From Podospora anserina (lineage: Eukaryota), in NCBI GenBank assembly GCA_017654855.1, contig CM030333.1, forward strand, positions 5,146,001-5,210,000: a DNA stretch of 64,000 bases, read 5' to 3'. Within the stretch, counting starts at the first letter, position 1. Every line of letters begins with the position of its first letter. The translations under genes and the position numbers were made by a program. The notes beneath the pieces are model-generated. The model was not told the origin of the DNA. It saw nothing but the letters and a program-made list of their open reading frames with translations, and ran no database searches. Positions 50,922-63,133 of this stretch are shown here, one piece after another.

Positions 50922-52607
50922 ATGGGTTTGAAGGCCTCTTCCTTATGGGAACGCCCAGTGCTTAATTCGGTCAACAAAAAGGCCCGCAGCGTGCCTATTT
51001 TGAACCCAGTCGACCCGCATGGCCGTGTATTTTTCTTTTCGTGGATGGGTTTCATGCTTTCATTCTGGGCGTGGTACACATTCCCACCTCTTGTTGGTTC
51101 CCCATCGTCTCTTTTCTTCATGCAGAGGTGATATTAACCAGGAGAGCACAGTTGACTGTCACAATCAGACAAGACCTTAACCTCACCAAGGAACAAGTCG
51201 CCAACTCCAACATTGTTTCTCTTGTCGCCACTCTTGCAGTGCGATTCATTGCTGGTCCACTATGCGACCAGATTGGCTCCCGGAGGGTGTTCAGCTTGAT
51301 TTTGCTAGCAGGAAGTGTGCCGATTGGCTTGGCACCGTTGATCAAGGACGCAACTGGTCTTTACATCATCCGTTTCTTCATTGGAATCCTCGGCGGGTCG
51401 TTTGTACCTTGCCAGGTGTGGTGCACGGGATGGTTTGACAAGAATGTGGTGGGAACAGCCAATGCCCTGAGCGGAGGTTGGGGAAATGCTGGAGGTGGAA
51501 TCACATACTTCATCATGCCTGCTGTGTATGACTCTTTGAAGTACCGATGGGGGCACAGCTCTGGGCAGGCTTGGAGGATCACCTTTGTGGTGCCGCTCGT
51601 TTGTCTGATCATCTGTGGACTGGGGTTGCTGTTTTTGTGCGATGATACGCCAATGGGGAAGTGGTATGTTGATCTCTTCTCTGCTCGTGAATTCGTTTCT
51701 GGAAGGTGTTTGGTCTGACAGTTTGCATAGGGACGATAGACATCAGCATGTTCAGGAGAACCTCAAACAGCACGGCGTGCAAGGAGAGATTGTGGCCGTT
51801 CCAGGTACCATCACTGGCCAGCCCCCAATTCTCTCAGCTACCCCATTAGCCGACGAGGAAAAAGGTGAGAAGCTGTCTTCTTCTGAGAAGAACAGCATTT
51901 CAGCCTTTGACCACGAAGCCTCACTGTCAAAAGCCGAAGCCATCGAAACTGCGCAAGGTGAAACCATCGCCAAACCCACTGTCAAGGAAGCAGTCTCTGT
52001 GTGTTTTAGTCTCCACGGCCTCTTCCACGTCGCGACGTACGCATGCAGCTTCGGTGGAGAGCTTGCCATCAACTCAATTCTCGCATCATACTACCTGAAG
52101 AACTTTCCCACGCTAGGTCAAACCAATGCGTCAAACCTCGCGGCAATCTTTGGCTTTCTCAACTTTATAACTCGACCGCTCGGTGGAGTTGTCGGAGATC
52201 TGCTTTACAACTACTGTGGAAGAAGCCTTTGGTTGAAGAAGATCTGGATCCACGTTTGCGGGTTGATGACGGGGGTGTTGCTCGTCGTCATTGGCATATT
52301 GGATCCCCACCATTTGCCTACCATGGTTGGGCTCATAATCGTCATGGCCGTCTTCCATGAGGCCGGCAATGGTGCCAACTTTGCACTTGTCCCGCATGTT
52401 TACCCCTATGCGAACGGCATTCTATCCGGGCTCACCGGAGCTGGTGGAAATCTGGGCGGCGTGGTCTTCGCAATCATCTTCCGCTTCATGGATGGCGGCA
52501 GTAACTACGCAAAGGCATTCTGGATCATTGGGGTGTGTCACATCGTCTTGAACCTAGCTGTTTGTTGGATCCCACCAATTCCGAAAGGTCAGGTTGGCGG
52601 CCGTTAG
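50922..52607 (+). CDS. High-affinity nitrate/nitrite transporter (MFS NNP/NRT2, CrnA/NrtA-like); introns 51093-51151 and 51664-51730
   Basis: FFFSWMGFMLSFWAW, GTANALSGGWGNAGGG (nitrate signature), YACSFGGELAIN, RPLGG and GAGGNLGG. Confidence 0.96.
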
Positions 52608-52869
52608 GGTCTACCGCCTTGGAGAGTATAGAGTATCGCAGCTAGCCCAAATACTGTTCATGCTTCGTTGTTCTATATTGTAGATTCTGTGGGAAGGCAC
52701 GATGGGCCCACTTGTGGGTGTTTAAATTGGCGACTTTCGGAGCAAGAGATAGCAGAGAAAGACAACAATCTTCATCCCCTTCAATTTGACTACTTGATAC
52801 CATACACCTTGTGATAAGAACCCACCTCACTGAACCACAATTCCTGACTTGAAGTTCTACCCTGGCTAC

Positions 52870-54829
52870 CTACTCCTCCTGGCGTGTCATGGACACGGCG
52901 TATGCAACCAACTCCACAGCCGTTGCCCTTCCTTGGCTGTCCAGTGTGAATACAAAATGGTCTTGTGCTTGCAGCATATAGGTTGCGCGGTCCAACTGCC
53001 CCCATGTGACACACAAAGACTGGGGCGGCAACAGTTGACTTTCTATCAAGGCAATCGTCTCAGGAGTAGCAGGCTGTGCTACAGACCTCCACGAAGCGTG
53101 GCTGTCAGTCTGTACGGTGGTTGGGTAAAGTCGAAAACGCAGCGGGCTGTCGGTCGGGGGAACTGGGTTCGGGACGAAGCTGAGTCCGGACCACGAGCCA
53201 ATGACATCCACACCCCTAACAATCCACGAGCTTATATTGAACCCTGGACCATCATCCAGTGTCAGAGTGATGCTCGAATTTGTCAGCTCGTCTCGATAGG
53301 TTCCGCCATGTGTGAGCGCAGCCTCATCCTTGCCGGCTTCCTCGATACCGGGCAAGAGAGACTCTAACAGTTTCGAGAATATGATCCTGGTATCGATGGC
53401 GGTTGCTTCATTCTCCACGAGTGGAGCGGCGACCAAAATTGTGGCGACAAGATCATAATCCGGAATCAGAGCAAAGACTGAATTGTAAGTAATGAGACCA
53501 CCATCTTTGGTATAGAGCTCAATGAGACGGCCATCTGTCGTGACGTTGCTGATTCGGTAAATCTCCCATGGCGCACCAATCAGAGTACCCAAGGAGGATG
53601 TTTGCGACAGCGGCTTGAGCCATTTTCGTGTCTGAGTTGCTGACAGTCCTACATCGTTTCGCAGTATGGCCTCTCCAAAACGTGTGAGGTCATTGATTGA
53701 AGAATAATACCCGCCACCGCTAGTAGATTATGCCTACCGTCAGTCAACTGTACGTAATTCGGCGTCAAGAGAAGGTGTCTGTAAGGTACTTACGGCTCTG
53801 CATATCCAAGACTGGCATTCCACCAAATGTCATCGGTGGGAATGAAGCCAACAGAATCGTCTGGCTTGGTGGCAAAAGTAGATGTCATGTTGAGTGGTGC
53901 CCAGACTTCATGCTGCACAAAGTCCCTGAAAGACCTGTTTGTGGCAGACTCGAAAGCAAAACCGAGAATGGCGAATCCCGCGTTCGAGTAAACAGCGTTT
54001 GGGGAAAATGGGAGCTGGACCGGAGCCCGTTCGCCAAATCGTTCAAAAAACACTAGGAGGGCTTGTCAGAAGCTGAACAAGGAATCAAGTTAGGTGCTTG
54101 AAATCACGAAGTACCTGTCCTGTCGCATTCGGGGAGACCCAAGCCACCTGAACAGCCCAGAAGCTTTGATTTGTTTACAGGGGGAAATCCGTATGGTGTA
54201 AAGTTCCCATATGGAGTATAATCGAAGATTACTGTGACAAATAGGTAGTGAGTATGCTATTCATATCTAGCTCTGTCACGTTTCGTTTTGAATGTTAACT
54301 TACTGTCTGCACCAATACCTGACAAATGCGATGCCAGAGCCCCAAGAGTAATTTCGTCCCAGGGAATAGTCCAAATGGGGCTTTGCTCTCTGGCTTGCCC
54401 GTTCAAAGCCAGCAGCTCAGGAACATATTTGGTGACTGGGTCATCGAGACTGACACCATGGAGGCGCAAAAGGCCCAAAACGGGAAATATCTTAGAAACG
54501 CTCGCGATGCGGAAAACGGTATCGGAGTTGACCTCCTGGACACCACGAGCATCACGGTTGGGCGGACTGTACGCATACTCGAGGATGTAGTCTTTTTCAT
54601 GGATAGACTTCAGACCAATTGCCACGGCAGAATGGTTGAATTGAGCAGTGTAAACGTCCAAAAACCGCTGGAGTGTAGCCACCGAAGAGGCAACTGCCGG
54701 ACTGCTGCTTGCATGCGTCGGAGGAGGGAGGACGGGACCTAAAGGTGGGCAATGTTCCCTAGGTGCTGCCCATGAAACTCGGATGTAGGTAGTGATCGAA
54801 ACGAAGAGTAAAAGACTGATGGGCTGCAT
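52870..54829 (-). CDS. Secreted beta-lactamase/transpeptidase-like serine hydrolase; introns 54232-54303, 54053-54114, 53720-53793
   Basis: Signal peptide; HCPPLGPVLPPP; SxxK in FRIASVSK; YSN in VYSNAGF; GGGYYSS; YTKDGG. Confidence 0.9.
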
Positions 54830-55310
54830 TTTCTTTGCAGTCTAGGGAGCTAACTCTGGCCCTGAGTGTTATCAGACTGCAGTGGTGCTCTAGTCTTGTA
54901 CACGGATGTCCAAGTTGAACATTTCGCGGAGGTGGATCTCCTCGGCTAGCAATATAATGTGTTGGTTTAATCTGACTGGTGATCTCGGACTTTTCGTTTG
55001 CTGTGAAGCAGGTCAGTCGAGTGCGCTGACGACACTCTTGTGCCAAGCATGGCTGAGTGATGACAATTAATTAACTCACAGCAACGCTCTGCATCCCTGG
55101 TTAAAAGCCCAAGAGACACGTAAAATCTGCCTAATTGGGGTTCAAGGATTGTCGGATGCAGAGTTTGGAGCCGTCACAGCCACAGAGGTGAAGCGTCATG
55201 GCCAGGGCTATCGGGTACTCGAAATCTTCAGAAACATTTTAAACGTTGGATTGGCTACCCTGCAAATTTACTTTCCTCCACATGGAGATCTCGAGCCCAG
55301 AATATGGCGC

Positions 55311-57245
55311 TCAATGGAAAGCATAAACACGTAGGCTTGAACCCTTTGGTATTTGATTGACAGCCCAGGGGTCGACACCATCAAAGCAGCAGCTGCCAAT
55401 GACAGCGTAATGCTCTACTCCGATCACCGGGCCGTGCATTGGCAAGCGGTCAAGGTACTGGGGGTGCTTCTCACCCGGCTCCTGAAGAGACTGACGGCCG
55501 TTCAGTTTGAACATTAGATCCTCATGAATCCCCTTCTCCTCTTCTGGCTCGACCTTGACCGGTCGTACTACTAGGGCTACTTGACACCCCAGAATGTTCA
55601 CAATGCAGTCCTCATTCTGAGCCTGTGCTGGAACTAATCCAAGCTTTCCGTCATGGGTTGTAGCAAGTCGACGTCCATCTAAGCTGCTCGCGGTCGCTTT
55701 GGGATGTAGGTATGTCCACATGATGTACATGAGATCGTTGCTTTCGCTGGTGACAAAGATGCGTGACTTCCCCAGTTGCCCTTCGGTCCATGTTCGAAGA
55801 GATTCGATAAACTGTTCATGTTGGTGTGGGGGATCAGTTGGGCATGTTACCGGAAGGTGCTCAAGAAATCGAGCCCACTCTTCAAACAGCCCCCTGCACA
55901 ACTCCAGGTGTTCCTCCTCGCGATTCCGAATACTGACCATTGCATGCTGGCCGCTCGAGTCGCCCCTGTAGTAAACTCCTCCAGTGCTAATGTAGAGAGC
56001 GGCAATCTTGCTGACCGTGTCTTGGTAGCTAACCATGCCTTGGAGGTCAAGAGTAGACGACATCGGAAACGTAGCACTGACGTCCTTGATGGTGCCCACA
56101 GAGTGTCCCACAAGTCCAAGAATATTATGCTTTTCGAGAAAGAGGGTTGGCGCTAACAATACCCGCGCATGACTGAGTTTGTTGCTCTTGTACATTGGCG
56201 CACAAGGGGATGGCACCATACGCCAGTCAGGAGCCCAGGTTGGTATCTCGCCGTTGGTCACTCCGGCTTGTTGATCGAGTAGAGTAATAAGGGTCTCCAC
56301 GTCCTCAGTCTCCAGGATGTAAAACGCCATTCGGGCAAATACATGCCCCAGAGCAGAACAGTAATCAACGGGTACGCTTTGTGCAACATTCCACTGGTCA
56401 GAGGCAATACCCAGGTGAGCAAACACAAAGTCCCTCGCATCTGTGGCACCCAGACCACGTCTTGCTTTGAGAAGAGCGAGCATGTTGCCGGCATTGTTGC
56501 CTCCGCCTCCGTTGATGTATGATCGATTCATCCTGTCCAACATCCGCAACGGCTCTTCCCCATCATCGGGCTTCCCTCTACTCAGAGAGTTTGGACCATT
56601 GTGCAAGAGAAGGTGGCAAAAGTCCTTCCAGCGAACACGACGGCGGCCGATTTGGACCCAAGGATCGCGAGACAGGATGAGTTCCTGAAAGATCCACACA
56701 CGAAAGAACCATGGCCTGTTGAGAATCTCAAACTTGGCTGCTTGAACTATTTCGTGTCGTTGCGATTGGTTCCAGCTGGGGTAGAAATTCATTGACGAGT
56801 GAGGAGCTGACTGAAGCACCCTGTCTGTTTCCGGGGTAGAGGGGCCGAGAAAGATGACTGTGTGACCTGCAACCCTGTAGATAAGCCCCATGAGGCCTAC
56901 TTGGCTATTGCGCTCTGGAATGTTGGTTTGGTCGATGCAAAGGGCATCGGCCCAAATTCGACGTGGGCGGGTGTCATCGCGCAGGTCTCGCAGGGCAGCA
57001 GCAAGCGTTGCTGTTATCGTGAAGACATGACCGGAAAGAGTCAGCGTTCCTGTCAGGGTGGGATCACCCCACACATAAGAGAGGGCCGTATAAGCTTCAA
57101 TTAGTTCATAGTCACAATCCTCGAGGGTTGTGTGGATGAGCGTGCCGCGCAACTCTTCATCCTGGTCTTTGGAAGGCTCCAAGATCAGAAGTCGAATAGC
57201 ATTCGGTGAAGACAAATGCTGATAGCGAAAGGTTCCAGGGTCCAT
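55311..57245 (-). CDS. HET-domain protein (HET-6-like), intronless
   Basis: IRLLILEP, YTALSYVWGDP, IWADALCIDQ..ERNSQVGLMGLIY, PWFFRVWIFQE, ATDARDFVFA and PTWAPDW. Confidence 0.95.
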   Translation of the reverse strand: MDPGTFRYQHLSSPNAIRLLILEPSKDQDEELRGTLIHTTLEDCDYELIEAYTALSYVWGDPTLTGTLTLSGHVFTITATLAAALRDLRDDTRPRRIWADALCIDQTNIPERNSQVGLMGLIYRVAGHTVIFLGPSTPETDRVLQSAPHSSMNFYPSWNQSQRHEIVQAAKFEILNRPWFFRVWIFQELILSRDPWVQIGRRRVRWKDFCHLLLHNGPNSLSRGKPDDGEEPLRMLDRMNRSYINGGGGNNAGNMLALLKARRGLGATDARDFVFAHLGIASDQWNVAQSVPVDYCSALGHVFARMAFYILETEDVETLITLLDQQAGVTNGEIPTWAPDWRMVPSPCAPMYKSNKLSHARVLLAPTLFLEKHNILGLVGHSVGTIKDVSATFPMSSTLDLQGMVSYQDTVSKIAALYISTGGVYYRGDSSGQHAMVSIRNREEEHLELCRGLFEEWARFLEHLPVTCPTDPPHQHEQFIESLRTWTEGQLGKSRIFVTSESNDLMYIMWTYLHPKATASSLDGRRLATTHDGKLGLVPAQAQNEDCIVNILGCQVALVVRPVKVEPEEEKGIHEDLMFKLNGRQSLQEPGEKHPQYLDRLPMHGPVIGVEHYAVIGSCCFDGVDPWAVNQIPKGSSLRVYAFH

Positions 57246-57584
57246 ATCTTCAAAATTGACTGTTGGCAGAAGATATACCTCCTTTGTAGTAAGTTATCGT
57301 ATTTGCCCACACTTGGGCGTCGATATCAGGCATCGACGCACTGACGCCTCCTCTGCTATTACCCCTACTCGACATGCCCCACTTTAGCGTGGGGTTTCTG
57401 CTCCACAGCAATAAGATCATGATTTCTGTTTTCACCCTATAAAGATAGTAGATAGCCTCCCTTCGTGTACCTCACATACCAGTTTGCTCTGTATTCATAC
57501 ATGTAGTCAAAATAACACGAATTTGCACCAATTCCGGTCCCGCGATTCCATGTTGGAGTACGGAAGTGCCTGTATTGTTCTGCT

Positions 57585-59083
57585 TCACCGTGGCACTTCA
57601 TGACCAGCCCAGTGACACTCATGGTCTCCCGACCCACAGATCCACCACCGTCTCTTCTTTTTGGGCAATGGCTTCTCACACGTTGCGCAGAGTATTCTCC
57701 TGACAAGTGTCTTGGCCAACATCTTCTGCTCCCTCTCTTCCTTGATCTCACGTATCCGGTCTGGCTGCAGTTGGGAGCATCCCTGGCACAGATTTACAGC
57801 CTCTTGAATGGTATTTGTTTGTTTGAGAGAACATTTATCATGCTGCAGGGAAAGATTTGTGGGGTTGAAGGCAGCTGAGAATGCAGCAGGTTTCGAGGAA
57901 CTTTTCACGAGATAGCAGCTCGTGCAGATGGCGTAGCAACCAGTGATGTGGCACCTCGTCCGCGGAACAGGGATTCCTTTGACCATCGCCATGCAGTCCT
58001 TACGAGTGTCAACGCGCGTGACAAGCCATGCCTTCGGGGTTGACTTACTTTGCAGATGATGGCATCACAAGCCCAGCACTGGCTTTTGTTTTCGCCGCAG
58101 CATATCTTGGCCAACATCTCGAGATGCTGCGCGATGACGAAGTCTTGCGATTTGTCCTTGATAACGCTGATCAGGTCCGAATAGTGGGGATGCTGTTCAA
58201 TCTGCTTGGAAATCTCGTCCGTCAGATCTTGATCTCGCTTTTTCACCTCTCCGAGCTCGATGTCTGTTTGTTTTGACGTCTTTCTAACAATACGTATCGT
58301 TAGATAGATTGCGTAGCGGATAGCATTAGGAAGGTTAACCCAGGGTAACAACAAAATGCCTTGAGCAAGGATGAGGACGCTATCATTCGTCATTAGCTCA
58401 ACTTCAAGTTGTTGTTGGTGACCAGATGACTTTGCACTTACATTGTTACCGCTGCCATGACGTGAATTGCGATACCCCGTCGACAAGCTGTCCAGTTGTC
58501 ATTGTCTCTGTATGCAACCCTGATTCCCGAAATGAATTTGGAATTTTGATAGGATGGCTGGCTGCAGTGGTTCATGTTCCAGGGCACGAAGGTGCTACTG
58601 ACGGCAACCCCAGCTATCAGAGAACCCGCCACCATAAGATCGGTAATAAGAACGTAAAGGTAGAGGCTGCTCCTTGTTCTCTCTTTTCCTGGTGCCTTTC
58701 GCTTGATGCATCCCAGGAGAATCCACATGAGAAATGTCCAAACAGCCGAGAACACGCCCTGTCACTGTTAGATGTATTCTCACGCGTTGCTTTTGCAAGA
58801 CTGCACGACTATAGCGACTCACGACAATTGCCAAAATACCATAGCTAGCGTTTAGGCGGTCCAAGTATAATTGAAAGTCTCTGGGATAATGCCGGTTCCG
58901 AATTGCAACGTATAATCTTGCTGCCAACGCTGCTGAAATTGTGTAGGGGATTACACTCAGAAGTCTGAGTGTAGAAAGGGCGGTCCGATTCCGTAGGCCC
59001 ACAATTGTAAGAAATAATATGAAGGCTGAAAACACAGAGTGTGCAATGAGGTGATCGTAGATCACTTGGACTTCTTCAGCCAT
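57585..59083 (-). CDS. Multi-pass membrane protein with C-terminal Cys/His-rich putative zinc-binding region; introns 58759-58822, 58380-58441, 57999-58048
   Basis: Several hydrophobic segments; canonical donors gtgagt/gtaagt join four ORF pieces; CWAC..IC..C, CTSC, CQGC and CATC..WWIC..HECHW..H. Confidence 0.75.
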
Positions 59084-59570
59084 GTCGCCGACAAGGTGCC
59101 AACAGGTATCATGGAGAAAGAAGTTACATGGCAGAGGTTTCTCAACAACACTCTTGTGGTGTGGTCTGGTCTCTTGCGAAAGACGGCAGATATCCGCCAG
59201 AGCCTTGTGCGGGGAACTCCAGTTTCTGGGGCTGTGCCAGGGTTCACGACGCCCGGTAACGCTGCAGGCTCAATTGACGCTTTAGTCACCGATATTCCCT
59301 TTCGGGCATCCAGCACACGGCAGCGTGGGAGCAATGCCAGTCCGCCGAATCTGCCCTGGCTTGCGCTATTGCACAATCTCTGGTCAGCTATGTCACTGGT
59401 CCTTCAGCCACTGGGCCTTAGGTTTACATGCCAATCTGGCTTTTACACTCACCCAGGTTACTACCTGGGTAAGCATGTCGATCTTGTGATAACGGAGACC
59501 TGTACTTTCATTCTCCAACACTCTTCGATACTCTGTGCCTGTCCAAACACCAACTCGTTGATCCGAGAAA

Positions 59571-61106
59571 ATGACGCTCGCCTGTCGAAACACTCAAGAA
59601 GTCCTTCACAATGGCAGCAAAGCTGTCCTTCGCACTTGCATCAACAATACAATAAACCCACCCTACCAGTCTGCCCGCAACCCTGAAGAGGAACCCGTTA
59701 TTCCAGACACCACCGTATTTGAACAAGACAATGCGTCGCTTCCACTAGCCCACGCTGAACGACTCCCAACCGTCGCTGAATGCGCCATTCACCTCGAGCT
59801 TCTCGAGACGCTCTTTCATCTGCGCCAACAAATTCTTCAATCTGGGGATATCGACAAAACGATGGGCACAACTCCAAATCGCCAAACAAAGACAGGGTAC
59901 AACGGTGACACCAAGACGTTCAAAGATGACACTCTTGAGTCACGCAGGCAAACCAAGTGGCCGAGATTTATCGAGTTTGCCGTCGTTAGGTTTCTGGATT
60001 GGCGTGCTCGGCTAGCCAAGGAGGGTGATAAGGGTGATGCGTTTACACTCCCACCGCTCGACGTCATTATGGTGTGGCACACGTTCCTACTGAACCCGCT
60101 GTTGTTCAACAAGCACTGCCGCACCGAGAAGCTTTACGAGTTTCCATTGCCGTGGCAAGCTATCCACAAGTGCATCAACAACGGTGACTGGTCTTTTGCC
60201 CCCCAGGCAGAAGCTGGTGCTGATTCCCTCAGCTTGTTTGAACTCTTTTCCACCTGGGACTCGTATCTGGCAGACCAAAGAAGCGATGTCAAGTCCAAAC
60301 TCAGCCTTGCGTCGATAGGGACAGACTTGTTCGACACGACCCAGACAGACTCAGCCTCGGCTACTCGTACCTCCAACTTCCCTTCAATTTTGAGCTCTCT
60401 AACGTCGTCGTCGACCAGAACCCAAAAGCCACAACATATAACGAGGGAGGATCTGGAGACCCTACCAGCAACAAACCCAGTCCGCGCCCACGTTGAGATG
60501 TTCCTCTCCGTTGATGTCAACCTCGCTCGAGAGCTCAAGGCTGCAGTATTGCGCCAGAACTCCTTTGTCGACAAAATGCACTCTCACCTATGGATACGTA
60601 GCCCCTCTCTTCAGGACACACTCGCTCGATCACTCTCACGCTACTCACAATTCCTGCTTTTGATGAGGCGAAACCGTGGAAAGATGATGGTTCCCACGCT
60701 TGACATTGATTTAGCATGGCACACACATCAATGTGCGGCATCCGGATATGTCCAAGAGACCAAGAAGAGAGTGGGGAGGTTCGTCAACCATGATGACAGT
60801 ATTGGGAAAGGGGACTTGGACACGGGGTCCGGAGAGACTAGACGGCTGTGGCGGCTTCAATTTGGCGGCGAGTATCATATTTGTGGTTGTTGGGATTGCG
60901 AGATGCTGACAAGTGAGATCGAGAAGGAGTTCAAGTACCGTGGTGGAGCCGATGACGAGGATGAAAAATATCAAATTGACATGCAGGCAGTGGCAGAGAG
61001 AGTTGACAACAAGGTAAGGTTTTATCGTGCGGTTGAGGCAGCTAGGAGGAAGGGTCATGCACTTCCGGTCATGCCGAGGTCACAAAAACCCGAAAGAGTG
61101 TTATAG
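59571..61106 (+). CDS. GRDP/DUF1399 (glycine-rich-domain-like) protein
   Basis: PTVAECAIHLELL, LPPLDVIMVWHTFLLNP, RQNSFVDKM, VPTLDIDLAWHTHQ, VNHDD and CGCWDC. Confidence 0.85.
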   Translation: MTLACRNTQEVLHNGSKAVLRTCINNTINPPYQSARNPEEEPVIPDTTVFEQDNASLPLAHAERLPTVAECAIHLELLETLFHLRQQILQSGDIDKTMGTTPNRQTKTGYNGDTKTFKDDTLESRRQTKWPRFIEFAVVRFLDWRARLAKEGDKGDAFTLPPLDVIMVWHTFLLNPLLFNKHCRTEKLYEFPLPWQAIHKCINNGDWSFAPQAEAGADSLSLFELFSTWDSYLADQRSDVKSKLSLASIGTDLFDTTQTDSASATRTSNFPSILSSLTSSSTRTQKPQHITREDLETLPATNPVRAHVEMFLSVDVNLARELKAAVLRQNSFVDKMHSHLWIRSPSLQDTLARSLSRYSQFLLLMRRNRGKMMVPTLDIDLAWHTHQCAASGYVQETKKRVGRFVNHDDSIGKGDLDTGSGETRRLWRLQFGGEYHICGCWDCEMLTSEIEKEFKYRGGADDEDEKYQIDMQAVAERVDNKVRFYRAVEAARRKGHALPVMPRSQKPERVL

Positions 61107-61139
61107 AATCTTTGTTTTGGTTTACTTGAGGTATTTCAT

Positions 61140-62704
61140 TCAATTTCTAAGATTCAGTACCGATGTTTCCAGAACCAGTTCACCTAAACTTGTGTTCAAG
61201 GATGAGGAATCGTCCCAGAGCTGCGTCGCCAGCATCTCCATGCGCTCAATGTACGCCTTCCTCCTGTGGGTCGAAATATCACAGAACAACAACTTTGCAA
61301 ATTCCTGTGGTGATACCTTGACCGCCTTGAGTGTCGGTACCACGATTGTGGACGCCTGCGAAAGCGCATCGTCCCCCTGGACGGACGGTAGGTCGACGAG
61401 ATGCAGCTTGAGCACAACGATGTCTCCCAAAAGATGAAATGTTGGCAAACGGAGTGGCCAGGACTTTGAATCACGCTCTGCTGTTGCTGCGGAACTGTTG
61501 AAAACCGGTGGCAGACCGTGGCGAGATCGATAAAGGTCGACAACTGACTGGAGATATGGTCCGTCTGCTCGGGATATCATGTCGTACTCATTGACTATTG
61601 ACAGCAACACACCAATGCTGGAGCTGTCTTTACAGATGTCAGTGAGGCTAATGCTGGTAATGGGCGGTGACCCGAAGGTGACGAGGGAGGGTTTGCAGTT
61701 GGAAACTGGCACGGCGGTTAGCAAACATTGTGACTGGACTTGCTCTGGGGTGTCACTTGCTCCATGGATCGGGGTTTTGCTGGAATAGAAAGTGGAGAAA
61801 CACAAGAGATGCTACTGCACCTCCAGCAGAGTGGCCAGTGAAAACGATGTTGCGTATCTTTTCGTCTGCAAGCAGTTGCTGCCTGACGTCTGCGGTAACG
61901 GTGGGTATCATGTCGTGAGCACAGCCGAGGAATCCGGCATGGGCCTGGACATTGACCCGCTGTCCCTTTGAGAGTATCTTCTGGTTTCGTGTAAGCATGG
62001 TGTTAGTCTTGCGGATGGTTGGAACATACGAAAAGTGTGCTGGCATCCTTGGGCTTCCCATTCATGTTCACCATGTGGTCCATGACGGTTGCCGTTCCTC
62101 GAATGGAGACTACCAACGTTTTCCCACTCCACCCTGGAATCGGGGTGAACGGGATCTTCCACATTGAGTAAGCCTTGACGGTACCCATCGAGGACGGGCT
62201 ACGGTGCAGCACAGGTTCGATATCGAACCCCTTGACACCAATTGGTTGTGTCTGATCGTAGACCATAACCGCACACTGGCAGGCCGCTCTAATAAGCTCG
62301 CCAGTACCCGGAGAGCTGGCTTGTCAGTGGTGACTTTGCTGCTGGCGCTGTTCAACTTACCAGGACCACTCCTCCCCGGCATTATCCTGTAGGGAGGAGT
62401 CTGTATACCTCTCCGCTTGTTGGCAGAGCTGGTCTAGGTGATACTGTAGCTCATCTCCAGGATCGCCTATCATTGTGTCAGTACTGGTGCCATAGCTCGA
62501 GTCACTATATGGCTTACCTTCATCTCCGAGCCGATCAAACACAAAGTCCAGACCTGCAGTCAGGTCGGCCACCGCAGCGCATGCTGCTACGGAGGCTTGC
62601 ACCGAGGCCAAGTTACAGTCCGACATTGAAGCCGATTCAGTGACAGTGGACTTTGCAGATGCTTGGATAGTGCGCCGCGGCAGAGCCTTTCGAATCCACG
62701 CCAT
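61140..62704 (-). CDS. Class-3 lipase-like alpha/beta hydrolase without signal peptide; introns 62316-62360, 61981-62029, 61706-61760 (GC-AG)
   Basis: LVVSIRGT, AHAGF, VFTGHSAGGAVA (GxSxG), LVTFGSPP, VNEYDMISRAD and C-terminal THRRKAY. Confidence 0.88.
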
Positions 62705-63133
62705 GTTGATGCTTGGTGTCTTGCCAGAATCTTGATCAAGCGAGTTTGCACGGGAATCCAATCAGTCAGAAAACCAGGGACTTATTAATAACGGCCATTC
62801 TCAGATGCATTAGTGCAAGGCATTCATTGCCCGAGATGTATGGAGGGTGGAAAATACCCATGCACAACCGACATAACCAGGGCAGCTACGACGCCCCGCA
62901 TCACCCAGCACCATTATCGGTATTCGATTTCGACAAGGCACTCTGCCGTGGCAGTGCATTTCAGCTGAACTGCGGGGGGGTCACCAGACCACCGAGCTAC
63001 CAATACAGCAATAGATACACATTCTGACATCAATCCAGTCATACCTAGAGGGTCGAAATACCTCCCTTCACCTTGCTTGCTATCGTCTTCAAGGTTGTCT
63101 TCTAGGTTCTGAAGCTCATGATATACCCTTACG

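Noticed and set aside
59039-59686. 215-aa ORF between the membrane-protein and GRDP genes
   Set aside because: Non-ATG start, overlaps both neighbours, no motifs; probably divergent promoter sequence
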